DNA of 63,857 nucleotides, filler included, from Kipferlia bialata (taxonomy: Eukaryota): NCBI GenBank assembly GCA_003568945.1. It is 6 parts of 6 records of this genome, joined end to end, with 100 filler letters (N's around TTAATTAATTAA, not from the genome) between each part and the next. Parts side by side here need not be neighbours in the genome. Positions count along the whole stretch, not along the records: positions 23,013 to 34,412 come from BDIP01001243.1; positions 34,513 to 40,878 come from BDIP01001244.1; 4 more parts are not named here. One strand, written 5' to 3'. Shown here in pieces: positions 23,813 to 36,112 of the stretch (position 1 is the first letter of the stretch; the number at the start of each line of letters is the position of its first letter). Position numbers and translations under genes: made by a program. Under the pieces are notes generated by a model. The model had not been told where the DNA came from and made no database searches. It worked only from the letters and a program-made list of their open reading frames with translations.

Positions 23813-26117
23813 ATTTATATAATATCTGTATGTCCAGCTGGCAAGGTTTGTTGTGTATATACACTATATGCACAGCTCCATGCACATCTCTATGCTTAGG
23901 CAGGTGGCCATATGTATGTTTGGTATATATTTCTGCCCCTAACCCCCAGGGAGAGGCTCCATCTACCTTCATGATCAGATATATACTCATATGTTAATAC
24001 TTCTCTGTTTACATAGATACATACCCATGTCCCTAACCCCCAGGGAGAGAGACATGGCTGCGGTGTCACCCATAGCGGCACTCAACTCACACGTCGGTGG
24101 GTTGTTCCTGTCTGATACGGATATACATATATATATATATGTATATAGATCTATATTCACATACATGTCTAACCTCAGCTGTTCTGGACCACGAGGGTGT
24201 CACCATCTATGCACCACCCAGCTATGCAGGTAGGGGCACATACATATCTAAGTACAAATACTGTTATATATACATGTTCATATTCTGGTGTTCCCTCTGC
24301 TGGGTACCTGTTTCGGTCTTTAGTTATGCAGTTTTGGATGCAGATGGCTCTATTCGTATTAGTATCATTCTCTCTCTAGTGTCACTATTCATTTGAGGTG
24401 TTGTTTGTGTTTTCGATGTATACATCCTGACCCCCCAGGTAGAGTGGCCCTCCCCTTCTCCCCCACCTGTGTGTCTGCCTCTGCCCTACCATACATGTAT
24501 ATATATAAATATATATATACATTGGCACTCTATATATGATATCATATGCTTATATACCAGGCCGTGTCTCCCTCCCCTTCTCCGCCACCTGTCTGTCTGC
24601 CTCTGCCCTACCCATACATGTATATATATGTGTATATATACAACTATACTATACACATCTATGTATATCATGTGCTTATATTTCAGGTAGAGTGTCCCTC
24701 CCCTTCTCCCCCACCTGTCTGTCTGCCTCTGCCCTACCCATGATGCCATGTGCGGCACTGGGGGGGGACGGCAGTGCGGCAGTGGTAAGCTTACCCACGT
24801 CATCATCACCAGAACCAGAGGTATATACATATATTATAATGTAGTATACTATATAGTACATATATGATGCCATGTGTGGCACTGGGGGGGGACGGCAGTG
24901 CAGCGGTGGTGAGACTGCCTAGTGCAGCTAGTCCAGAGCCTGAGGTATAAGGGAACCATATATACAGCATAACATATAGTATATGCATAGTATACCTATC
25001 TACACTTGTTGGCACTGGAGGGGGGATGGGAGTGCGGCAGTGGTGAGACTGCCAACACCAGCCTCACCTGAGCCTGAGGTATACTATTCTCTCATATGTT
25101 TATTGTAAGTATATTGTTGGGACATTATATTTACAACTACCCCCTGCTGAGTGTGTGCCCCTGTCCCGTTGATCATACATGTAGATTGGCATAGTATAGT
25201 ATATGTAGTGTCTCTAATAGTGTGTAGTAATGCACTCTTGGTTACATATGTATATATATATGTTGCACTCTTACCCCAGCTTCTGAGTGTGCGCCCGTGT
25301 CCCTTTGAGGCTGTGTCTGTCTGTCCATCTGTGCATGGGTGCATAGGAGTGTCCATGGAGGGAGAGGTATCCCTACCCTCACTCACTAGAGAGACAGGAG
25401 ACACATCCACAACCCCTAGGGTATCCATAGGGGGCATGGGCAGACCATCCCTAGCATCCATCCCCCTACACCCTCTGTGTGCAGTGCTGGTAAGGGGCAG
25501 GGATAGCTATGTCGTGGACCCCAGAGTGAGGGGTTGTCTCTCCCCCCTGCCCCTCTCCCTCTCCCTCCCTGCCTATGCAGCATGTGGGGGAGGTGCTGAT
25601 GGTGTGCGGGTATGGTGTGCCACTGCCACCTCTGTCCTGTCTTATGACATACGGTCACCCAGGGAGTGCATGTACAGTGTGGAGCACCTCATGCCTGGTC
25701 CACCCTCCATGGTATCTGCCACCACCACCACTAGAAGGGGTGATACCCCTGTATCCATGGATGTAGTGGCCTGTGGGGGTCTGATGGGCAGTGCCGTGGT
25801 GTGTGTCAGGGGTGGCCAGGCCTGTAGGGTGGCAGGGGGTGGGGGTGTGCGGGGTATGGCTGTGGGGGTAGGTGGGGCAGGGCAGACCGGCACCACTCTA
25901 TTCACAGTCAAGCAGAAACCATCTACCACTACCACTACTACTGGTGCATCTGGTGCATCTAGTGGTGTGGATAGACCCCTGGCTGCATACTTCCAGAGGG
26001 TGGACCTGGTGCCCACAACAGTGCTCACAAAGGTATGTGCATGTGGATACTATAAGCATATAATATATATAGTATTGTGTGTGTGCCCCTATGCCCACAC
26101 CCCTATATCACCTATTG

Positions 26118-26162
<45 letters not shown>

Positions 26163-27711
26163 TGATATACCAACCCCAGGTTGCCCAGGAGCACACCTGT
26201 TCTCTCACTATTTACCTATGTGTCTATTAGTATCAGTCTATATATATATAAATATAGTATCCACCCTATGATACCCACCCCAGGTAGCCCAGGACCACAC
26301 CCACGACGATATAATATCTTCACTTCTGCATTAGTATCCTATCAAAGCCTNNNNNNNNNNNNNNNNNNNNNNNNNNNNTTCTGCATTAGTATCCTATCAA
26401 AGCCTAACCCCAGGTTGCCCAGGAGCACACCCATGATGAGGGTGATGGCACCTACGCACCCCCTGTGCCCCCACCCGACCTGACACCCCTGGCCCCACAG
26501 CCAGAGCCCACAGACATACCCCCAGTGTACAGGTACTATTAGTGCAAGTATGTATATATGTATATATCTGCATGCCCTTATATACACTGATGCGCCCACA
26601 GACATATCCCAGGTGTACGGGTAGCAGTGTCAAATTCTCTCTCTCCCTCTCTCTCTCTCAATATTTATATATAGTACTAGTTTAGATTTACCACTTGAGT
26701 GTATTCACATTCTGATGCACCAGGGATGTGGGTGACATCAACGACTGGCTGCCCGAGGAGGCAGAGCCTACCACGAGAGGGGGTAAGGTGACGGAGAGAG
26801 AGAAGAGACGCAGGGCCAAGGCAGAGAGGGCCAGTCGGGGTGTGCTCTACAACGATGCCTCCCTCGGGTCTATCTTGGATGACAGACTGGGGGTGGGAGA
26901 GGGGAAGGAGGCTAGGGAGGAGAGGGAGAGGAGGGAGAGGGAGAGTGGGGGTAGTGGTGGCGTAGGTAGTAGGGCCCCTGCCCCGCCTCCCGTGCAGACT
27001 GGGCACTCCCTGTTTGACATGCTTCAGACTGCCTCTCTCACTGCATCCCAGTTGTCACAGCCTGTGGTGGCCAAGCCTAGGCATACTATGCCTGACGTGG
27101 GTAGACAGGCCATGTCACAGCCAACACGACCACAGGAGAGAGAGAGGGAGAGAGAGAGGGGCCAGTCCCAGGCTGCCCTTGGCTCTCTCCGGTCCATATC
27201 CCAGCTGGGTGGGATGGGGGGTATGGGTGGGGAGAGAGACCACCTCAGTACCCTAGGCGGTATGGGTATGGGTATACCCACCAGCAGTATGGCACCTGTA
27301 CCCCCCTTGGCTGCCTCCTCCCAAGTACCCTACACGTCTGCCTCCCAGCTACCACCCATGCCACACAGTATGGGCATGGACATGCATAGTATGGGCATGG
27401 GTGCTAGTATGGGGGATGACAATAGGAGTATGGGTAGTGGGATGGGTATGGGACTTGGGTCTCAGCTGTTCCCAGACACAAGTGGTTCCTTTGGAGGCGG
27501 TGCTGGTGGTAGTGCCTTCCCTACAAACTACGGCGCCCCTTCCTCCTCCTTCAATGACCCCTTCCCAAGCTTCGGAGGGGGAGGGGGAGGGGGAGGGGGA
27601 GAGAGTGTGTATGGTGGAGGTGGCGATGGGGGGTATGGGGATGGCCCTGATATGTTTGGGTCCTATGGCCAAGGGGGGGACAGCGATGACAGCGGGGATG
27701 ACTATGTGTGA
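23098..27711 (+). CDS. beta-propeller-like protein with Gly/Met-rich tail; possible TAF1C/Rrn6 homolog; 5'-partial
   Basis: Large exon 25280-26032 contains LASIPLHPLCAVLVRGRDSYVVDPR and ATSVLSYDIRSPRECMYSVEHLMPGPP; terminal exon ends at TGA 27711. Confidence 0.5.
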
Positions 27712-27909
27712 GTCCCTTCCTTCAACTTTCCCTCTCTCCCTTTATATACCTTGTATCTAGTGATGTTGTCTTTTAGTGTTTAAAGTGTGTGTCTCTGTGT
27801 ATATATACCGCTATGGTAGAGTATGAATGGTGATATAGTAAATCTCGTTGGCAGACGTCAATCTATTGAGGTTATGTGTACACAGTCGTGTTCATTAGTG
27901 AACTGGAGA

Positions 27910-27940
<31 letters not shown>

Positions 27941-27943
27941 TCT

Positions 27944-30900
27944 CTAGCCCAGTCTGTATCTGGGTGGGGTGCGTCTACTGGCCACCAGGGGTATCATGTC
28001 TATGGTCAGAGAGACAAAGAATGTACAATATTAATACTATTATGTATCCGAATGTCAATATGCGTCACAGGGCTCCAGTGATACCTATATCGTCATGCCC
28101 ACTACTAGACTTGCTGCGTGTGTGCTTGTGGCCCTTCCTATGTCTGGAGGCACGGCCCCTGGGGTGGGAACAAGTAGGAAATACCATATCCAACCAACCT
28201 GCGTATATATATGTACGCATATGCGATGAATATCTATATGCCCCTGGCGGTTATGTGACAATATGTATATATAGATAGATTTAGGCTATGATACTATATG
28301 TATTAGAATTTCTTCATATCGCATTGCCTGGAGGCACGGCCCCTGGGGGTTGACATATAATGAAAGTACACTATATCTACACTAGTAGCACATGTACATT
28401 AGTAGGTGTACCTCATCAGAGCCATGTCCCTCCGTGCCTTCCTCCTCTCCAGATGGGCTATGACACACACATATACATAGTATACACCCTCCATATATAC
28501 ACAGTATACAATAGTATACCCATATATCCCTCACCTCATGAGTGCCATATCTCTCCTTGCCTTCCTCCTCTCCAGATGGGCTATGACACACAGACACAGA
28601 CACAGGATGCCAAGGCCCTAGAGTTAATAGAGAGAGGGAGAGAGAGAGAGAGGGTGGGAGATACTACACAGACACAGGCACAGGATGCCTAGACCCTGGG
28701 GATTAGACAGAAGTCGGGAGATGGGGGGGGGGGGGGGTACTCCTACAGATGCACATACAATCAAACATACAATCCCCTGTACCTGCATCACCACCACGTA
28801 AGATATGTAGTGACTGTCTCTCTCTCTCTCTATATATATATACATACATGTATAATAATACACTCTCTACCCATGTACCTGCATCACCATCATGTCCGAT
28901 ATGTACTGGCTCTTAGCCTTCTCCTCCGTGTCCCTCTGGAAGTACAGACTGCACCCCAGGATGAATATGTTCTGGATGCACTGGGAGAACCCTATCGCGT
29001 AAGATATACCACCAATCGAGTAAGAATATACGTATGTAGCATTGTACATGCACACCTACTAGAGATGGCACTGGCCCTGCTATGCATGCATCCACCACCA
29101 GCATCCACATGCCCACGGCATAGGAGCCAAGGGCTATGCCTGGGGGGGTGAGGGACTATATATATATATATATATATATAATGCATATACACATATTGAT
29201 ATATATATATATATATATATACATGCCAACGGCATAGGAGCCAAGGGCAATGCCTGGGGATAAGAGACATACGCAAATACACCCACACTCACACATATAT
29301 AGGTATTGAGACATACATCCACAGCATAGAAGCCAAGGCCAATGCCTAGGATGGAAGGAGAGTGTATCAAAAATCACAGCGTAGACATGTCTGACCATAC
29401 ATACACACACACACACACACACTATAAATATATCTTCATATACACACACACCTAATAGGCAGATATATTTAAATACGTATATACCTAATAGGCACAGTGC
29501 CACCACGAGCATGGCAAACCTGGCCTCTGGGTGATCCGACACACCAGCTATCATAGTGGATAGGGTGGACACAGTAGTGGACACAGCATCAGTGGTGTCT
29601 GTGGGTATGGAGTCATCTGGGTAGGTGGTGCTGAGCCACCAGAGGACAAAGCCTAGAGAGTCAGGAAGGGGTTGTAGGGAATATTGATACAAGAACCTAT
29701 GAATTATTGGCCAGAAAGTGAAGTGAAAGTGGTAGGGAAATAATGTGGCGGATTGACACACATGATTAAGGGATCATCGATACAAGCCGTACCTGCGAGT
29801 GTCTGTGCCAAGCACCCAGCCATGATACACTATATGATATACATATATATATATATATATATATCACTATATGAGTATGCAATCTAAGCTATACCTGCGA
29901 GTGTCTGTGCCATACACCACATGTACCCTATACATATACTATATAGGTGTATACCATATGTGTATACTTGCGAGTGTCTGTGCCATACATGTATGATACA
30001 TGTATATAATACTTCATAGCATGTAAGTATATAGAATACATTGTATATGAGTATATACCACCTGCGAGTGTCTGTGCCATACATACACTATACATCTACA
30101 CACAATATACATACATTATATGTACAATATATATGAATAGTGTGTACTATCTGTATACAGTACTTGCGAGTGTCTGTGCCATGCACCCAGCCATGATATA
30201 TATCATGCATAGAGTATCCAATGCATAGTATAGTATACATAGAATATACTAGTGTATACTATACCTGCGAGTGTCTGTGCCATACATACACAATATGTAC
30301 CCTATACATATAACATATATGTGTATAAACTACCTGCGAGTGTCTGTGCCATGCACCCAGCCATGCACACGGGTATCAGTTTGCCACGCTGACACATGAT
30401 GCCTGGGGTAAATAGGTAAATAGGTAAATAGGTAAATATGTGAATATATACACATACTGTTATAACATGACTGGTATACACTCATATACACTCTGTGTAT
30501 ATACCTGCCACGCTGACACATGATGCCTAGGGGTGGGAGGGAAGGTACATTCATATAAACACGTGCAGAAGCACATATTTCAATAATACATGACAAAGTA
30601 TATGAATACCTGCCACTCCCATGCAGCCTATGGACACCACTATCAGCACAGCCAGGTAGTAGTTGGCACTGGTCCATCTATCCTGGGGGGGAGAGGGGGG
30701 TATAGAGAGAGAGATAGTAGGGGGAGATGTACTATGTGATTGTACCTACCTTTATGGTCCTTGGCACCTAGTTGAGCACAGTCAATGTATCATATTTACA
30801 ACTATAACAACAGTGTATATACGTAAAATAGGTACCCACCTGCTTGATGGCCGTTGGCAGCATGTTGAGCAGGGGGATGAGGCCAGCATAACAGACAGCG

Positions 30901-33900
30901 GTGCAGAAGGTGGCAATGAGGAAACGCCTGAGATGAGTGGTGTAATGAAAGGGAGAGAGAGAGAGACCAACGGAGAGAGAGAGAGAGGAAGTGATGCAGA
31001 AGGTGGCAGTGAGGAAACGCCTGAGATGAGAGAGAGAGAGAGAGAAAGATTGAGAGAGAGGGAGAGAAGGAGAGAGGGAGAGGGAGAGAGCAGAAAGTCA
31101 CCGGAGTAAGTGGTCAGTTGAGGGTTATGAACCATGCGTGTCTATGAAATGCAACAACATGTAATACTGATTCCCCACCTAGTGAGACACCTCTTGAAGG
31201 TGGCCCAGGTCAGACGTTGGCTGGGGGTGAGAATGGAGTTCATTGCAATATACATATATGAATGTATACTATCTCATATCTCTTGTACCTAATAGTAGTG
31301 GACTGGTAGTCTATCCTGCTCATATGCTAATAGATATACATGTATATATTAATATGTATATATATGAATGTACAGTATGCATACCTGTTAGTGGTGGACT
31401 GGTAGTCTATCCTGCTCTGGGTAGGGACATGGATCTCTCGGGTGCTCACTCGGATGACACCACTGGAGTTAGAATATATACATATATACATATATATGCG
31501 AATACTAATATATGGTGAACACACACATGCATAGAGTGAAGAGTGGTGCTGACTCATCGGATGACAACAGTGGGTATGAGGGGGCTGGAGCGATACACAT
31601 GTACATACAGACACTGTAATACCTTGTCCTGATGTGGTCGTGTGCCCCTATGTGCATGACAAACAGCATACATACCTATATACAGTATAGAGTATATGTA
31701 CTACATATGCAGAAGAAGAGTGAAATACATGCACTTACCTTGTCCTGATGTGGTCGTGTGCCCCTATGTGCATCACAAACAGCACAGCGGCACAGACAAC
31801 GGAGATGGCACCTGGAGTTAGACAGTGAATGTGTGTACGTGTAGACACTACGTGTGGACACTACTAGAAATGACGATATAGAGTGTTTATATACATACAC
31901 TATCGTCTATATACACTGCCCCTACCTGACTCTCTACATATATATCACATATAGTATATATACTGTATCCTACCTGACACGATGCAGAGTGTCTCCTGCA
32001 CCTCTATCACCCTGATGCCCACACTGCTACCCCCCTCACTCACTATGCTGTTGGTGATGGCAGGAACCAGGAGGAGCATGCACAGCTCGCCTATACGGGC
32101 ACCTATACCTAGGGTGAGTCAATACCACATACAGACACATATACAAATATATAGAGAGAGAGGAAGGCACCAGCAGGAGCATACACAGCTCGCCTATACG
32201 GGCACCAATACCTACGGTGGGTTAATACTACACATGTGTGAAAATATGTTGTCTATCGAGAGAGTATAGAGCTCGCCTATCCTGTTAGCACTAGACTATT
32301 CCAATACTGACTAGATAAATGGGTAGAGGATGAGGATCACTGGGAAGGTGGTATATGACCACATTGATTTATGTGTAAGTATACCAATACTCATATCCAT
32401 GTAATCATATCTGTCTCCACCCTACCTAGCAGCATATATATATATATGGTTTCACCCTACCTAGCAGCATATNNNNNNNNNNNNNNNNNNNNNNNNNNNN
32501 NNNNNTTCACCCTACCTAGCAGCATATATATATATATGGTTTCACCCTACCTAGCAGCATCAGCGTCAAAGGGAAAGTGGTATACCGGAACCACTTAGCC
32601 TGAGTGTTAGAGGCAGAGATAGGCACAGAGACAGACAAACAACTTGGGGACACACTCCTAATACTAATACCAACATGTCGCGTCACGAAACTCGAAAATT
32701 ACATGTGCTGTTACAGTTTGGCGTACCACGAATGCAAACATGAGTGCCTGCTCTGCCTCAGACGCTAATTCGCGTTATACTCAGCAATATATCACTACTA
32801 ATTCGCGTACCACAAATGCAAACATGAGTGCCTGCTCTGCCTCACAGGCCAGCCCCATGAGGAACCTGCCGGCCCTGAGGACACCCTCTAGGGGGTTAGA
32901 GATACATATAGATATATAGATATATATATATATTGTGTGTGTGAGAGAGAGAGTACCATGAGGAACCTGCCAGCCCTGAGGACACCCTCTAGGGGTTAAG
33001 AGGTATAGATACATATGCATGCACATAGCGAGACATAGACCATAGGACACCCTCTAGGGGGGGAGATATATATAGACACGTAAATTTTAATAGAGAGATA
33101 GATAGAGAGAGGAAGAAAGTTACTTACCTGCCCTGTTCTTGGGGTCTGCCCCTATGCTCTGGCAGATGACACCCACAAAGTTACTGGGGTTAGTATGAAT
33201 CCTATACATGTATATAAGATATTTACTACAGCATGTATAGTTACAGGAGGGAAAAATAAATACCATCCGTACATCACCGTCAGCAGCAGGATGACTGTGG
33301 GGCACGTGGCCTTGTCTGCCAGTATGCCACACAACAGAGGGAAGAGGGTGCCTGCCAGGGTGTAGGAGGTGAAGAGTCGCCGGAGGGCATCGGGGTCATT
33401 GCCTAGGTTAAGGGTGTAGATGGAGAGAGAGAGAGATGTACAAATTGCTTCAAACCCTAGAAAGCCCGATAGGAGGTAACTGTAATATTTAGAGAGAGAG
33501 GGAATATCCGACTGTGTGTTACAGGACGACACTCACCTACTGACACCAGGAATGAGGAGCATGCCGTTGGGGCCTCGTACTCAAAGTATACATGACATGG
33601 TATACACTTTGTATATACATTAGTACTATACATACTCTGTATGTATTGCTATCCATACCTACTGACACTAGGAATGAGGAGCATGCCGTTGGGGCCTCGT
33701 ACTCAAAGTAGTTGAACATCATGATGCAAAAGAGACAGGAGGTCACAATGACTGTGAACTGGGGGTGAGTAGAGTTATATATAGAGAGACAGAGAGACAG
33801 AGAGACAGACAGAGAGAGAGACACACGATGCAGAAGAGGCAGGAAGTCACAATGACTGTGAACTGAGGGTAAGAAATAGGAGGGTATATGTATGAATGAA

Positions 33901-34040
33901 TCTATACATTGAGAGAGAGAGAGTGAGAGAGAGTGATGCAGTCACGAAATAAACAAATAGATAGGGGACAGAGAGAGAGCCAGAGAGAGGCATGATGCAG
34001 AAGAGACAGGAGGTCACAATGACTGTGAACTGAAGGTGAG
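27944..34040 (-). CDS. Major Facilitator Superfamily transporter (MFSD1-like), many short exons
   Basis: MMFNYFEYEAPTA, LFTSYTLAGTLFPLLCGILADK, VLRAGRFLMGLACE, AKWFR, GARIGELCMLLLVP, GIALGSYAVGMW, GLGILCLCLCVIAHLERRK; 5' end uncertain. Confidence 0.8.
29791..30365 (-). repeat. array of six truncated copies of an exon end plus donor (TGGCACAGACACTCGCAG|GT) downstream of the real exon
   Basis: On + strand ac(c/t)tgcgagtgtctgtgcca occurs at ~29791, 29893, 29966, 30060, 30162 and 30263, and at the exon itself ~30332. Confidence 0.9.
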
Positions 34041-34937
34041 TGTATATATATATATAGAGAGAGAGACAGAGAGAGGGAGAGACAGTCACGAAATAAACAA
34101 ATAGATAAGGGTTCCTGAGGACACTGATCTGAGCGCGAGGGGGAATACACATAAATGAGTATATATAGAGAGAGAGACTGCGAGACAGATAGAGAGACAG
34201 ATGAGAGATGAATAGGGTCACAATGAGAGGGCAAAAGACAGAGGCACGGGCTACTAAGAGAGCAGTAGGCAATATGTATCAGACATGTCTCTCTGACCAC
34301 TGTGGGACGAGAGAGAGTATAATAGAGACAAGTGGATAGATTGGAGACAGAGTGTGTATATACACTGTGTGGTGGGGGGGGGGGGGGGGTTTTCCCGGGG
34401 GGGTCCCGGGGGNNNNNNNNNNNNNNNNNNNNNNNNNNNNNNNNNNNNNNNNNNNNTTAATTAATTAANNNNNNNNNNNNNNNNNNNNNNNNNNNNNNNN
34501 NNNNNNNNNNNNTTTTTCCCCCCCCCCCCCCCCGCCCCCCCCCCCCCCCCCCCCCAACTACTCATTTTCATAAGCATATATGTATTCAGCTCCGTATACA
34601 ATTCCTACCAGTTTTGATGATTGTTACACTCTTCCCTTCAATGAATGATCTCTGGATGGTTATCAAGTGTGTGTTTGACAGTGGTTGTATATATATTTGA
34701 AGTGTATATACCTCATACCGTATCTTGTTAAGCACACGGTACACTTATATGCTGGCGGGTGGGATATGGCTCTGGCAGCTGATATATGTATGCATAGTTT
34801 CTATTTCATATTGTATGCACCAGATACTCTTGGCCCAGGGTGTCCTATGCCGCTAGATGGGGCATGTCTCTTATTCATGGCATGTGTATCTGGGTATATA
34901 TTCATACATATGTAAACAGTACGTATTCTAATACAAG

Positions 34938-36078
34938 GGTCTTCTATGCCGCTGGGTGGGGCATGTCTCTGACGTGTGTGTCTGCATCACACCTAGTGAC
35001 TGAGCCTGCTCCTTCTATACCCACTACTGATGCTGATACATCAGAGAAGGAGGGGGAGAGACAGCCTGTTGGAGATACAGGCAGAGAGAGGCAGACACCT
35101 GAGAAAGTGCAGCAGGGAGAGAGGGGGAGAGAGAGACAAAGACCAAGAGAGAGAGAGACAGAGGATGTGAAGACTACCCCTAAGCAGCCTGGTCGGCTGT
35201 TCTTCAAGGGAGTGCCCCTGCACTATACAGAGACAGACGGTACGTACATGATACCAATGCATATGTGTGTATAGCACACCACTCTATTTTTGCGGGGGGA
35301 TTGGTCTCTCTCGCTGTTGCAAGTAGCAGCACAGTATCTATTATGTACTGTCATCCACCCCTGCCATAACAAGGCCAAGTGCTTCTCTTGCATCTGACTG
35401 TCAGTGCGGAATATGATCCGCACCTTCATTGAGCGTGAGACCCCCACCTCCGAGGTGGAGGAGAGGGCATCTCGCATACTGGGGGGTATCAGCAACTTAG
35501 GTGACATCACTATCAGTAGCAGTATACGTATATAGTAACACTACAATATCTATATTGGTACTAATACATCAGTTGTACAAGGTATGGTCTTCGACGGGAA
35601 GGGCAAGGCCTACTAGTATTGTCATAGTACAACATATACTATTGTGATAGTGCTATAGATACTAACCCACTAGTCGTGCAGGGCATGGTCTTCGACAGGA
35701 AGGGCAAGGCCACCAACAGGAGGGTGAGGAATGGCAGGGTGGTCATGAGGTGGCAGAAGGGGGGGGAGATAGAGAGAGGGGACAGTGCACAGGAGGCCAG
35801 GGTCAGTGAGGGGTGCCACAGAGCAGGGGACATATACTTCAGGGACAGGGAGGTGGCTCAGGAGGCACTGCTCGTGATGAGGTATATATACCCACTTACA
35901 CCCACTTCACTATATCCATACCACCCAGATGTCAGCGTATATGTCAGTGTCGTGAGTATACCCCCCACCCCAGGTACCAGCGCATAGGCGATGCCCCCGA
36001 TGCACCTGAGCTACATGTCATGTGGTGTGATGCACACAAGACAGCAGACACTAAGGTATATACGGTATACAATATATA

Positions 36079-36112
<34 letters not shown>

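Noticed and set aside
26341..26405. Duplicated sequence flanking short N gaps (also 32420-32560)
   Set aside because: Identical overlap on both sides of a gap points to unmerged contig ends, so it is not counted as an echo.
29791..30365. CRISPR array
   Set aside because: The repeats are copies of a host exon end and donor, spacers are low-complexity and partly duplicated, there are no cas genes, and the context is eukaryotic.
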